Source: Octopus vulgaris
Taxonomy: Eukaryota
DNA length: 64,000 nucleotides
Direction: 5' to 3'
Assembly (NCBI GenBank): GCA_951406725.2
Contig: OX597823.1
Coordinates: forward strand, 43,958,001 to 44,022,000
A program made the position numbers and the translations under genes. Position 1 is the stretch's first letter. The number at the start of each line of letters is the position of its first letter. The notes beneath the pieces were generated by a model. That model was not told the origin of the DNA. It did not search any database and was given only the letters and a program-made list of their open reading frames with translations. Below are positions 12,907-26,108 of the stretch, in pieces.

Positions 12907-12940
12907 TGACGTCATCTATGAAACTACAAGTCCCACGCAA
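12907..12940 (+). promoter_or_regulatory. CRE palindrome next to a ZNF143/THAP11-type ACTACAnnTCCCA motif
   Basis: TGACGTCA at 12907-12914 and AAACTACAAGTCCCA at 12921-12935, within a non-repetitive island (~12710-13190). Confidence 0.35.
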
Positions 12941-13438
12941 CAATTGCCGGTTTATCACTTCATTCTTGGCTTAGATATGCTCCGTCTTAATCTTCCTTTT
13001 ACCATTTCTATCTTCTATTCATTTTATTTTATTTCATTTTATTTCATTTTATTTTATTTTATTTACAGGATGACGAAATGCCGGGGCTGATTGAATTTCG
13101 TAAAACACGAAAATGAAGAGGCTGTGTATAAATAGGAAATGGCTGAAACCGAAAATAGTCGTCCTATCTAAATGACATTCGCAACCCCTCCTCCAACACA
13201 CACACACACACACACACATACACACACATACACACACACGCACGTACGCACGCACCCGCGTATTCACATACACACAAAACATGCTAGACTGAAGCCGTCA
13301 CTTTGCCTGGCCCTTGAGTGCATTTAATGGAGTTCCCTGTGATGCAAGCATTTGTGTGTGAGTATAAGTGAGCAATACAGGTATGCATCCTGCAGGATAA
13401 ACTCCCAAGCAGTAACATATTTCGTTGACACTTTAAAT

Positions 13439-14109
13439 CAGTAGTTCTCAACCAAGTTTTGCCTATGGACCACTCTGATTTATTTTAGTCATGGGAGGAG
13501 TCCCTCGTAGCCATTCGACGTTTAAAAACTCCCAGTTTTATTATTAACTATTATTAGGAATTGTATACAAAAATGTTTAAATATTTTGTATAGAAACATA
13601 ACCAGTTTAAAAGGCGGCGAGCTGGCAGAATCGTTAGCACGTCGGGCGAAATGCGTAGCGGTATTTCGTTTGCCGCCGCTATGTTCTGAGTTCAAATTCC
13701 GCCGAGGTCGACTTTGCCTTTCATCCTTTCGGGGTCGATGAATTAAGTACCAGTTACGCACTGGGGTCGATATAATCGACTTAATACCTATGTCTGTCCT
13801 TGTTTATCCGCTCTATGTTTAGCCCCTTGTGGGTAATAAAGAAATAGGTATTTCGTCTGCCACTATGTTCTGAGTTCAAATTCCGTCGAGGTGGACTTTG
13901 CCTTTCATCCTTTCGGGGTCGATAAATTAAGTACCAGTTACGCACTGGGGTCGATATAATCGACTTAATCCGTTTATCTGTCCTTGTTTGTCCTCTCTGT
14001 GTTTAGCCCCTTGTAGGTATTTTAAGTAAAGAAATAAGAAACATAACCAGTTTATTGCAGATAAACTTTAACAACAAAATTTTATATGGACTCCTGTTGA
14101 GAACCACCG
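13439..14109. mobile_element. hAT (Charlie/Buster-type) MITE
   Basis: TIRs CAGTAGTTCTCAAC / GTTGAGAACCACCG; 8-bp TSD CTTTAAAT (13431-13438) / CTTTAGAT (14110-14117), 7/8 match. Confidence 0.85.
13610..14036 (+). mobile_element. SINE family C partial dimer inserted in the MITE
   Basis: Full unit followed by a head-less second unit starting GGTATTTCG; 18-bp TSD AGAAACATAACCAGTTTA at 13592-13609 and 14037-14054. Confidence 0.9.
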
Positions 14110-14187
14110 CTTTAGATAGTCACAACGATATAATAACATTTAAACAAAATTTATTCGCTACTTATTAACTATTCCCCATCAAGATTT

Positions 14188-14590
14188 TCATAGCTGCGTT
14201 GTTAAAAATTTCCTTTCGCAACCACTTAGTTTTGGGTTCGCTCCTACTGCATGACATCTTGAGCAAATGTTATCTGCTATAATTGGGCCAATTAATTTCT
14301 TGCGAGTGGGTTTGATAGATGATAAACTGTACGTAAGCCATTGCATATATAAATATGCATTGCGCGCGCTCACGTCGTGTCTAGGTATGTTTCTCTCCAC
14401 TTTATAACTGGAGTTGGTTTGTTTACGTCCTCGTAGCTTAGTAGTTCGGTAAAAAAGAGTCCGTTATAGTAAGTGCCAGACTCCAGAAAAAAGTGTAAAG
14501 TACTGGAGTAGATTTGAATCAGCTATACCCTTTAATGCGGTGCTCCAGTATGACCGCAGTCCAAAGGCCGAAACAAGTAAAAGAATATAA
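14188..14590 (+). mobile_element. Decayed SINE family B
   Basis: GCAACCAC...ATCTTGAGCAAATG...GCGGTGCTCCAGTATGACCGCAGTC...AAACAAGTAAAAGAATA, colinear with 25556-25970. Confidence 0.7.
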
Positions 14591-16024
14591 AAGTCACATG
14601 ATTCTGTCATTTTGGATTTATTTGAACTCACGCCAACCATCTCTGCTGGAAGCAACAAATGTCCCTTTTCTTTCTTTCTGATCCTTTCAACTCTGTTTAT
14701 CGCTTCTCCCTTTTCCCCCTCTTCTAGCCTACTCACAAGAATACCAGATATTTCATGAAGTCATTTATTCCCAATACAAATTATACCCCGTGGAATCTCT
14801 TTCTCACTTGTGTTCCTGAATTCCATTAACGTCTAACATTTCACTATCCACGTTCACAGAACCAATATTGTTCATTCCGTTGTTCCATTATAATGAAACG
14901 AATGAGAGAGAGAGGGAGAGAAAGTGTGTGTGTGTGTGTGTGTGACAAAAGGCTGCTTGGGGATTCGGTCATTGTCATTTCTTCTTAGATACAACGATAA
15001 CAAACAAACGTGGAATAGTAATTGATTATGCAATATTTTTCTACAAGGTTTTAATTCCTAGATCTGTTTAATACGACGCTTCATCAGCTTAGCTTCCACT
15101 TTCACACTTCACTTTTCATACTCAACCCTGCATTTGCTCGTTTACTTCACTGAAAGATAAGTTGATTCGTTAATCAATCGATGAAACAATCTATCATTCA
15201 AACTTATTGTTGTCTCGTTAGCCGTTAACTTTTTCTAGCCTGGAGACGACGACGGATATCAGCGGAAACCATATGCAGAGAAAAATATCTTGGAAAAATG
15301 CTTAACATTACATTGCTTAACGTTGTCTTATATAGTTACGATCTCTCTCTATTTATCTCTCTTTCTCTCTCTCTCTGTTTTTATCCCTTTCTTTCTCTCC
15401 CCTCTCTTCCTCTCCCTCTCACTCTCTCTCTGTTTTTTTTCCTTCTCTTTTTCTCTGTCTCGCTCCCTCCCTTACTTTCTGCCTTTCTCTTCCTCACCTT
15501 CTCTACCTCTCTATCTCACTGCCTTACTCTTTTTGTCTTACCCTTTCTCTCACTCTCTCACTGCTTCACTCTTTTCCTCATATCCTCTCTCTTACTCTCT
15601 ATATTTCTCTATATCTATCTATCTCCCGTTTCTCCCCACCCTACCTCTCGCCCTTCGTCTCTACACCCTGTCTCTCTCCATCTCAATCCACATCACCAAT
15701 TACTCACATCTCCGCACCATCTTCTCTGTCATCTTCAATCTGGCCAACTGATATCTAAGTGTACATTTAAAATAACTTGCATGTTATAGTTGTAATTATA
15801 GGAATAATACTTCTGGTAGTGGTTGTTGTTGCCAATGTTGTAATACTGGAAGAGTTAATTCACTGACAAGAGGATTTGTTTCAGAAAATTGCTATTATGT
15901 GATAGCAATCTCTTGAGTTACCAACAACTACGAATCTCATACAAGCAGAAATTTGTCGTTTGTTGACCATCAGTTATTTTAACTGACGCTATTGATGTCG
16001 ACACTGGTGTCCTTCTTCTTCTTC

Positions 16025-16710
<686 letters not shown>

Positions 16711-16719
16711 ATTAGCCGG

Positions 16720-17290
16720 GGCCCATTGATAATTTCCAGAAAATCTTGGCCTGAGCTCCTCAACCACTGATAGGTTGTTGCTTGGTCTACATCAACATTT
16801 TGACTTCGGAGAATATATTGTCCACGCAGGGGTTTCTTGCTCCACCATTCCTCAATTTGTTCCTGCCCGTTCTTTTTAGCACCCTGTTTGATTCGTTTTT
16901 CTTGCTTGGTAGCAGTGATTTCGCGTTCTTCATCTAATTCAGGGCTAACACCAAGTTTCCTTGCGAATTTAGAAGCTTCCTTGACAACAGAATGCGACTT
17001 TTTGCTCCTTTCATGTTCACACACAAACTGCATCATCAAGTCCTCTGTACTAGACAAGTACTTTTTCATTCTTACAGTAGAGGTTTTATAACGGGATTCT
17101 AATTGCATCATTCCTCTTCCCCCACTATTTCTAAGTAGGCAGAAATTCAACGTCTCTCTTTGGGTGGTATATGCTATTAAATGTCAGTAATTCCTTGCCT
17201 TCCTATTTATGAGTTGGAGTTCCGTAAGATTCCAGTTAATGGTATTAAAACTGTACTGACTACTGGAAGGGCTATGGTGTTAATGGCTTA
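16720..17290 (-). pseudogene. R4/Dong-like (RLE-type) non-LTR retrotransposon fragment, post-RT region
   Basis: ORF 16692-17150 contains LRNSGGRGMMQLE...WSKKPLRGQY...YQWLRSSG, matching the GGRGL / KPLHGQ / WLRSS-G motifs of R4-clade ORFs. Confidence 0.75.
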
Positions 17291-17341
17291 AGAAAATAAA
17301 CATGTACTGAAGACTGAACTTTATTATTATTATTATTATTA

Positions 17342-17412
<71 letters not shown>

Positions 17413-17419
17413 TATTATT

Positions 17420-17879
17420 AACCTCTTCTTTCAATTTTGTTTCCATTTCTTGCCGAGTGTCTTCCATGTAGGGTAAAGAAACTCTCTACATACATTGGTA
17501 GGCCATTAAAAAAATGACACCAGATTGTACATTAACAAAGTCATGTGATAGAAAAAAGGGAGAAGAAAGTTAGAGAGAAAAAGGAAAGAAAAGAAGAAAA
17601 AATGAAAAAAAAAAAAGAAAGAAAAGAAAATGGAAAAGGAAAGGAAATTCATAGTGGCAATGTTCTTCTCCATACGTATGGCGTACCAGTCAAAACAATC
17701 TTTCGCACTTCCTGCATGGATGGTAAGTCAGAGGTCATTCTCAAATAATTTTTAGTTCTTTTTTTATCATTCCAAGTACTCCTACAATGATTGGTATTGT
17801 AACCGTCTTGAAATGCCACATTTTTTCGATTTCAATCAGCAGATCTTTATATTTTTTAAGCTTATCAAGTTCTTTGGCC

Positions 17880-17880
<1 letters not shown>
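17420..17880 (-). pseudogene. R4/Dong-like 3' end (RLE C-terminus plus 3'UTR) within (TAA)n
   Basis: KELDKLKKYKDLLIEIEKMWHFKTVTIPIIVGVLGMI is typical of the RLE C-terminus; (TAA)n tracts on both sides. Confidence 0.8.
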
Positions 17881-17949
<69 letters not shown>

Positions 17950-18692
17950 GCCTGAAGTACATTATCTTGCATTTCAGCATTCGTTTAAACAATATCACTC
18001 ACTCGTTCCGTGTTTCATGACAGCAATATCATAAGCACTATCTATGATCAGGCATATACATCGTAGAAGACATAAATTTCTTAGACGTTACCATACCACA
18101 CAACAATGTTTCCACCTTCCTCAACTTTTTTATAATTTTTCTTTTTTTTGTTTTCTAATAAATATCCGACGAATATTTCGAGGTATTGACAGCACAAATA
18201 TGTGTTTTAATTTAGTTTCTTTTCAGCAATTTCGATAAGTAGGAAAATCGATTATATAACTGTAAATTAAACGACGACAATGTGTTGTTTGTTAAACAGT
18301 GACAACAACGAAAATGGCTTCCACCAGTACGGTTAGGTTTCGAGATGGCAATGAAGCTTACGAATAGTTTACGAGAGTTTCCATTTAAAATTGAAATATG
18401 ACGAAAGTGAGACACTAAATTTAAGTGTATTGATTCGCTTAAACAGAATAATTAATCAGTCCACTCCTTGTAAAAGAAATCAATACAAGATTGGACACAC
18501 AGACTTTAGTGTCTTCTTTATAAGCTATTAAAATGCTTAATTAGTGGAGAAATTTAAATTACTTTCTCCTCATATACCGCTATACAATGTTTCTTAGAGA
18601 AATTTGATACGTGAATATATGTGTGTGAGAATGTGTATGTCTGTGTACATGCATATTTCTATGTGTGTGTGTACGTATGTATATACATATAT

Positions 18693-18787
<95 letters not shown>

Positions 18788-18788
<1 letters not shown>

Positions 18789-19040
18789 TGAGTTCGATAC
18801 TCGGTGATGCGTTGTTTCCTTGAGCAAGACAATTTATTTTACGTTGCTCCACTCAACTCGGCTGGAAAAAAATAAGTTGTACCCCTATTTCAAAGAACTT
18901 TCCTTGACACATTCTCTGAATCTCCTTGAGAACTACATTTAGAGTACCCGTTTTTGTAGAGTGCTCAGCCACTTTGCACGTTAATTTCATGATCAAGTTG
19001 TTCTGCAGATCGTATCTACTAGAATCCTTGATGTTTCAAC
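18788..19040 (+). mobile_element. 5'-truncated SINE carrying the type-1 3' module of family A
   Basis: GTTCGATAC B-box, CCTTGAGCAAGAC, then GAGAACTAC...GAGTGCTCAGCCACTTTGCACGTTAATTTCA as at 301-360. Confidence 0.65.
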
Positions 19041-19077
19041 TTGCTCGCTTCCAAGTCACAATGTTGTCGTTTCTACA

Positions 19078-20496
19078 GTCCTAGCCCTAGCCTTAATTCT
19101 AACACTAGGCTATGCCCTAGCCCTAGCCAATACGTTAAACCTAAGCCTAACAATAGCACTGACACTGACCCTAATACTAACACTAATCATAACACTGATC
19201 CTAAACCTAACACTAGCTTTAGTTCTTGCCCTAGCTCTAACCCTAACCTAAGCATTAAAGCTAATCCTCTACACTAACCTAACCCTAAACCTAAACATGA
19301 CCATAAACCTAAGACTAACCCTAATCCTAACCATAAACCTAACACTAAACTGGACACTAACACTAACACTAATTCTAAACCTTAAGCTTACCCTAACACT
19401 CACTCTCACCATAAGCCTAAACTATATAATCTTAAATTTACACCTACCCCTAACCTTAAACTAAACTCTAACCTTAAACCTAACATTAACCCTAACCCTT
19501 ATCCTAACACTAAACCTAAACCTAACCCTCACTCTAAACCTAACCCTAAATCTGACCCTAAGCCTAGGCCTAACCCTAACCCTAACCCAAACCGTCACTC
19601 TGAACCTAACCCTAAATCTAAGCCTATTCCTAACCTTAATATTAACCTAAACATCAACCTGGTCTTTACCCTAACCCTAATCAACAGCCCAAAATCTAGC
19701 CCTAAACCTAAACCTGATACTAATCCTAAAACTGTATCCAACCCTAACCCTAAACCTGACCGTCATCTTAACCCTACTCCTAAACCTAACACTAAACCTA
19801 ACCCTCGCCCTAACATTAACACTAATCATAACCATAACACTAATCCTAAAACTAACTTTAACTCGAAAACTAACCCTTACTCTTAGACTCTAGCCAACCC
19901 TAAACGTAACACTAACCCTAACCTTAAACCTAACCCTAGACCTAACCTTAATCATAACCGTAACCGTAACTCTAAACCTTATCCTAACTCTAACTCTAAC
20001 CGTAAACCCAACGCTAAACTACACCCTTACACTAACTCTCACCCTCACCTAAACCCTAAACGTAACCCTAAATTTAACACTAACCTTCACCCTAACCGTA
20101 ACCCTAATCTCGACTGTAAACCTAATCCTAACCTAACACTAACCCTTACCTTAACGCTATTCCTAACACTCACCCTTAAACTAACCCTAGTCCTAAAGTT
20201 CCCACAAATCTTAACCCACAAAAAATGGCACTGCGACTAACACTAACCCTAACACTAATTCAACGCCAATATTAACCCTAACCCTAACCATAAACTTAAT
20301 CCTAACCTTAAGTTTAACTCAACTTAACCCTAACTCAAAGACAAACCTGAACATTAAGCCTAACCCTAACTTTAATTGTGACCCAAAGTCTAAAGCTGAC
20401 TCTAATCCTCAGCCTAAATCTCACTTTAAAACTACCTATATCTCCAAACCTTACCATGGCACTAACCCTAATCTTAATCCAAACCTTAACCCTAAC
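19078..20496. repeat. Degenerate (CCCTAA)n telomere-like hexamer array
   Basis: About 1.4 kb of CCCTAA/CACTAA/ACCTAA/TCCTAA/CCTTAA variants largely keeping a 6-nt phase. Confidence 0.85.
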
Positions 20497-20499
20497 TTG

Positions 20500-21300
20500 G
20501 ATCGTGATCTGTACGGTCGACTTACATAGGCTTCACAGTTACTGGAAGGGTTCCAGTTACTGGAAGCTGAACGCATCCTTTCCGGCGCGCAAGGCCTATA
20601 GAGTCCGGGTTAGTGAATTAGTCAATCGGGCATTGACGAGAATAGTCGTCAACAACAAATAGTTGTTTGCCCTAAAAAGCGCGATTAGAGTAGAATCAAT
20701 AAGATTTACTAAAAGAGTCGCGTTAGGGAAAACTAGATTAAAAGGTGAGCTAGTTAGAAAGTTAGAAGAGGTTTTTATGAACTGCAGTGCAACTGACGTG
20801 CTTGCAGCGAGATTGACTCTGGACCTATTCTTCAATGCAAAGCACGAAGGCGGCGTTGTTAGAGCTAGGGTGCGTACTCTTAGACACGAGGGGACGAAAA
20901 CTGTTCGATGGGTTCGGGTGGTGTTAGCATGTCGAGGCAACAAAGCTACAATCTGGTCGTGTCTTGTCCTGGTCCACGTCTGCCTGGACTGGAGCGCCTA
21001 GTCCTTCGCTTTCTGTAGCCGAGAAGGGCTACTCCTTCGCTTTCTGTAAGCCGAGAAGGGCTACTCGTTCGCTTTCTGTAAGCCGAGAAGGGCTACTCCC
21101 TCGCTTTCTGTAGCCGAGAATGGCTACTCCTTCGCTTTCCTTTAGCCGGGAAGGGCAAGCAGTTTTTATCAGCCTGGTGGCCATGGCGAAAGAGTTCGTT
21201 TGGTGGACATGTTTGAAAGGGCTGAAGACCAGCACTTTTCTTTTCGGCGAAACCGATAAACTTTTTGAGGTTTCACTAGAAGAGGAAAATCAGGGTGGAG
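20500..21300 (+). pseudogene. Internally deleted Tx1/L1-clade ORF2 fragment
   Basis: SYWKLNAS (post-APE WKLN motif) followed by a helical linker, then the C-terminal FISLVAMAKEFVWWT segment; no RT in between. Confidence 0.65.
20998..21155 (+). repeat. Five 31-32-bp tandem units
   Basis: CTACTCCTTCGCTTTCTGT(A)AGCCGAGAAGGG and variants, repeated without spacers. Confidence 0.9.
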
Positions 21301-21659
21301 AGGGAAATACTGCTTTCCAGGCAGTTTGTTGAGAATTGGATGAAATAGGCGAGCATTGCTCGAGTGAATGGGCCTCCTCTGATTGTGCGCCTGTAGACTG
21401 GAGAGAGAAGACTTAGAGAGGACACCTGCCCAAGCGGTCGGGGTGTGTATACACGCGCGCATCCATCCTCATATACATGTGTGTGTATGTATGAGTCTGT
21501 TCGTGTTGTTGCATACACTTCGTTCAACACATATGCAGCGGATATAAGTACACACCATACACAACACAACATACAATACATATCTTCCGTACACACTGTA
21601 TAAATGTGAGTGTGTGAGAGAGAGGGGGGAGAGGGAGAGTTTAATTTAAGTTCTTGAGA

Positions 21660-22309
21660 GAGTTCAAGCTAATTGCTAACAAAGCAACAAGACTTTTTGA
21701 GTTGAGTTCCTTGTGTTTTTAAATGTGCTTGACCACATGGTGTTGGATGACAGGCGATTGACTATTAATCAAATAGCCAATGCTATTAGCGTATCCCATG
21801 AGAGAGTTGAAAATATTCTGCACGGTGAATTTGGCGTGATAAACGTATCTGCTCGGTGAGTCTTCTGATATTTGATCAAAAGCGCACCAAGCTGATCACA
21901 TCATGGGACAATCTGACATTATTTGAAGCAGATCAACCTAGTTTCCTTGAACGTTTCCAAAGCCAGACTGAGTGTTGGCTTCATCACTTGACCTAGAGAC
22001 GAAGAGACAATCCAAACGCCCGGAAAAACTGATGAAAGAGGTTTTGTTTAATCAGGACAATACTCCAGTACACAAGTCCTTGTTTTCAGTGGCTACTGTG
22101 TGTGATTGTGATAATGACGTCTTGTCAGCTGTTGATGACGTTTTTGACCAACAGACACAGAGCTCCTTCACTAGGGGGAGCCAAGCACTGCAACACCGAT
22201 AGAAAAACTGTTTGGACCGCAAGGGGGACTATGTTGAAAAATTAACCTCATTTGGTTACATTCGATGAAAGTATCTTAGTCAGCTTAAGAACTTTTCGGT
22301 CGACCCCCG
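21660..22309 (+). mobile_element. Deleted mariner remnant with right TIR
   Basis: VSAR*V (WVP region), ECWLHH-DLETKRQS, LFNQDNTPVHKS, ALQHR*KNCLDRKGDYVEK; TIR-like end AACTTTTCGGTCGACCCCCG followed by TA. Confidence 0.75.
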
Positions 22310-22401
22310 TATGTGCTGCTGCCAAATATCTGGAAAGATGTGCACACCCTACACCCCAGGAAAACGTTAAGTCACATAGAGCCAATTCAAGCGGTTATTA
22401 A

Positions 22402-22562
<161 letters not shown>

Positions 22563-23586
22563 TAGTCGAGGCATGTAAATGTTTAATTGGAGAGCCTTGG
22601 TATTAATATGCACGCTTGCATTCTCTTTTTCTAGCTTCGGTTGCTAATGCTAGGTGGGTCTCACCTTCATATCTTCAGCTCCGCTCAAATTGTAACAACA
22701 CTAAGTGAACGGTATCTCGTAGTAAACTTACACTCATGGACTTTAACGTCAAAATGTCCATAAGAACATTTCCGACACCAGGCGAGATATAGGACAACGA
22801 ACATCGGTTTCCTCCATCACCCAACATCAGTAATATCGAATCCACACTATAAGAACTGGGGGGATTCAAACACGTAAGGACTCAGCTGCTGCCGAGTTAT
22901 CTTGGTAATGTACACAACCATAACTACGAACATAGAGTAGTATCAACAACGACTTCCACTGTTACTTCTACTATCAAAAATGTTAGACCCAACCACTACT
23001 ACAACCAAAGTCATTGTTGTCACACTGCTATCTCAAACTAATATATATTGACTACTGCAATACAACGACAATGACGACGGCTGACAAACGACATGATAAA
23101 CGATTTGTAAATAGATATTTTTTCTTTTGGTGTCACGTTTTAATGTTTAATTCACAGTTTGCTGACATCATTCTTTGTTCCGCCAGGAAATATGACTATC
23201 CTTACAGAAAATAAGAAAGATGTTAATTCGACTCGAAAAAGTGAAAATTATTGTTAATTGAGTCAGACCTATTTCTCTTAAAAAACATCTGGTAGCTTCA
23301 CATGTACTACATTTCTTTAACAAAATGTTTTATCATATAAAGTACTGTCTTTTAAACCGTAGAGTTTCCTAACAGCCTATTTACCAATTGCTTCCGTATA
23401 AGAAACTTGAGAAAAACTTTCAACCATTCCTGATGACTGCCAGGATTGTTTTCTTAACAATCGGTAAATTGGCTGTGAAGGCTATAACATCATATTTTAT
23501 TAATAATAATATACCCATTCTATTGACCAATATATGAGCATGCCTAGTTAGACAAATAGTGTGTGTGTGTATAAGAGAATGAGGGA

Positions 23587-23625
<39 letters not shown>

Positions 23626-24402
23626 AGCACACAATCAGATACCTTCACGCACGCATATAATCAAATAGTGGCACAGTGACACGATTATTTGTATAACCAA
23701 CGAATTCCAAACTTCTGCAATGACGCTTTTCACGGAAGAGAATGACTCCAGCCTTGATATATTGATCGGCATTCAGCTATGCAAAACTATTTCAAAATTG
23801 CGAATGCTATTGACAAAACAAATACATATATATATATATAAACACACACACACACACACATATACATACATACATACATACATACATACATACACACATA
23901 CATACATACATACATACATACATACATACATACATACATACATACATACATACATACATACATGCATACATACATATATAAGAGTAGGCAAGAAAGCGAG
24001 AGAGAACGTGTGTGATAGGAGATGGTGTGGTGGAGAAGCAAAGAAGTCTCGCTGAATCAAAATGAAGTGGACCAATGATGGTTTCTTAAGACCTCCGTCA
24101 AGAAAGTACATCGAGATTTCAGAGATGATAGTTCTTAGAAATTACACCGTCAATCGGCTTAACTGATGGGATTCTTGCCAGAATGATACTAAACATTATT
24201 CTAGTTTTTACCGATTGCACATCTTCAAGTACTATTTCCAGTGAAAAACAACCATGTTTGCCGCCATCTTACCTCACCACCCCGACGCTATTTATATACG
24301 TGCTTTTAGGAATTTACTTCTAAATATTGAAAGGTTGCGAGTTCAAAGGATCGGCTTTTTTTCATTACTTTTATTTTTATTTCGCTTTTGTCTTTATTAT
24401 TA

Positions 24403-24433
<31 letters not shown>

Positions 24434-24839
24434 TATTATTATCATCATCATCATCAGCAGCAGCAGCATCATTATTTGCTGTTTTTTTCTTATTGTTTTG
24501 GCTTTTCTTCCGCAGTATGTGTTTTTTTTTCTTTTTCTGTTGTATATTTCATTGTTTTTATTTGTTCATTTGTCAGTTTCTTTGTTCGTCTAGGAATATT
24601 CTTTTATTTTTTTCTCAAACACACAGTGTCAGTCAAACTACAATACATTATTAGTAGTCACCGAAGGAGAAACGATTGCTTTATCCAAATAGCTATTTAC
24701 ATGTATTTGGCGGAGAAATTCTTCCTTTTAGCCTCGAGGTGGAGTACATGGACATCTATATGCGTATGTAAGTATGTGTGTATGCACATTACTTACATAA
24801 GTGCATTAATAGACAGACAGATAATAGATAGAGAGTGAT

Positions 24840-24929
<90 letters not shown>

Positions 24930-25275
24930 GGATGGATGGATGGATGGATGGATGGATGGATGGATAGATAATGTGACGGAGAGTGTCAGTGCATGTATAT
25001 ATACAGATGTGTATGTATATAAAAAATCTTGAGTTAAATTTGTACATACAGTTACATGTTTGAGTATTTGTATTTATAAATATTTTAGACAATGAATTAA
25101 TTTGTCAAGATATGTGTGCAGATGCGTGTGTGCGCGTGTGTGTATATACACGCGCACACACACTTATATCTGTATCCGTTTATATATTTATGTAGATATG
25201 TACAATCGTATTATTCTTACCAAAGTTTATAATTATAAATAACTTGACGCATTCACTAATTACTTACATTACCAG

Positions 25276-25323
<48 letters not shown>

Positions 25324-25336
25324 GTGTGTGTGTGTG

Positions 25337-25545
25337 TGGTTTATGGGTGCTTTCTATACTTTTCTTAATGTTCGGTACACAATTGAAGGATACCCTTAAG
25401 CTGTACCTATTAAACAAACATCCCGGTCTGTGTGACTGTGTGAAGTTTTCGTCCACCAATCTAAGGAAAATTCTTCCCACGCAAATTTTAACATTGAGAG
25501 AAAAGGGTGGAGCAAACAAGACGACATTTTAGTAAGTAAATAAGT
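25337..25545 (-). pseudogene. Penelope-like element ORF fragment (region between RT and GIY-YIG)
   Basis: FAPPFSLNVKICVGRIFLRLVDENF...LFNRYSLRVSFNCVPNIKKSI resembles the conserved WFNPPYSxNVKTNIGxxFLxLxDKHF...FNRNTxKVSYSCMPN segment of PLEs. Confidence 0.75.
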
Positions 25546-25555
25546 TGACATAATA

Positions 25556-25720
25556 GGCGCAGGAGTGGCTGTGTGGTAAGTAGCTTGTTTACCAGCCACC
25601 TGGTTCCGGGTCCAGTCCCACTGCGTGGCACCTTGGGCAAGTGTCTTCTACTATAGCCTCGGGCCGACCAAAGCATTGTGAGTGGATTTGGTAGAAGGAA
25701 ACTGAAAGAAGCTCGTCGTA

Positions 25721-25761
<41 letters not shown>

Positions 25762-25970
25762 TTGTGTGTCTGTGTTTGTCCCCCTAGCATTGCTTGACAA
25801 CCGATGCTGGTGTGTTTACGTCCCCGTCACTTAGCGGTTCGGCAAAAGAGACCGATAGAATAAGTACTGGGCTTACAAAAGAATAAGTCCCGGGGTCGAT
25901 TTGCTCGATTAAAGGCGGTGCTCCAGCATGGCTGCAGCCAAATAACTGAAACAAGTAAAAGAGTAAAGAG
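25556..25970 (+). mobile_element. SINE family B, full length
   Basis: tRNA-like head GGCGCAGGAGTGGCTGTGTGGTAAG, CORE-like ACCTTGGGCAAGTG, internal (TA)n(TG)n, tail GAAACAAGTAAAAGAGTAAA. Confidence 0.9.
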
Positions 25971-26056
25971 TATAATACAATGTCTAAAAGTTGATGAGCC
26001 ATCTATTGATCCCCTCCATTTTCTTATTGCTTTCTCATACATACATGCATACATAC

Positions 26057-26107
<51 letters not shown>

Positions 26108-26108
<1 letters not shown>

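Noticed and set aside
13020-13120. Splice acceptor (ATTTT)n-TACAG followed by DDEMPGLIEF
   Set aside because: Short frame with no recognisable protein similarity or convincing donor; cannot be supported without transcripts.
19078-20496. Functional chromosome end
   Set aside because: The array is internal and too degenerate, with only short runs of perfect CCCTAA.
20998-21155. CRISPR-like 31-32-bp repeats
   Set aside because: Units are contiguous with no unique spacers, there are no cas genes, and the context is eukaryotic retroelement DNA.
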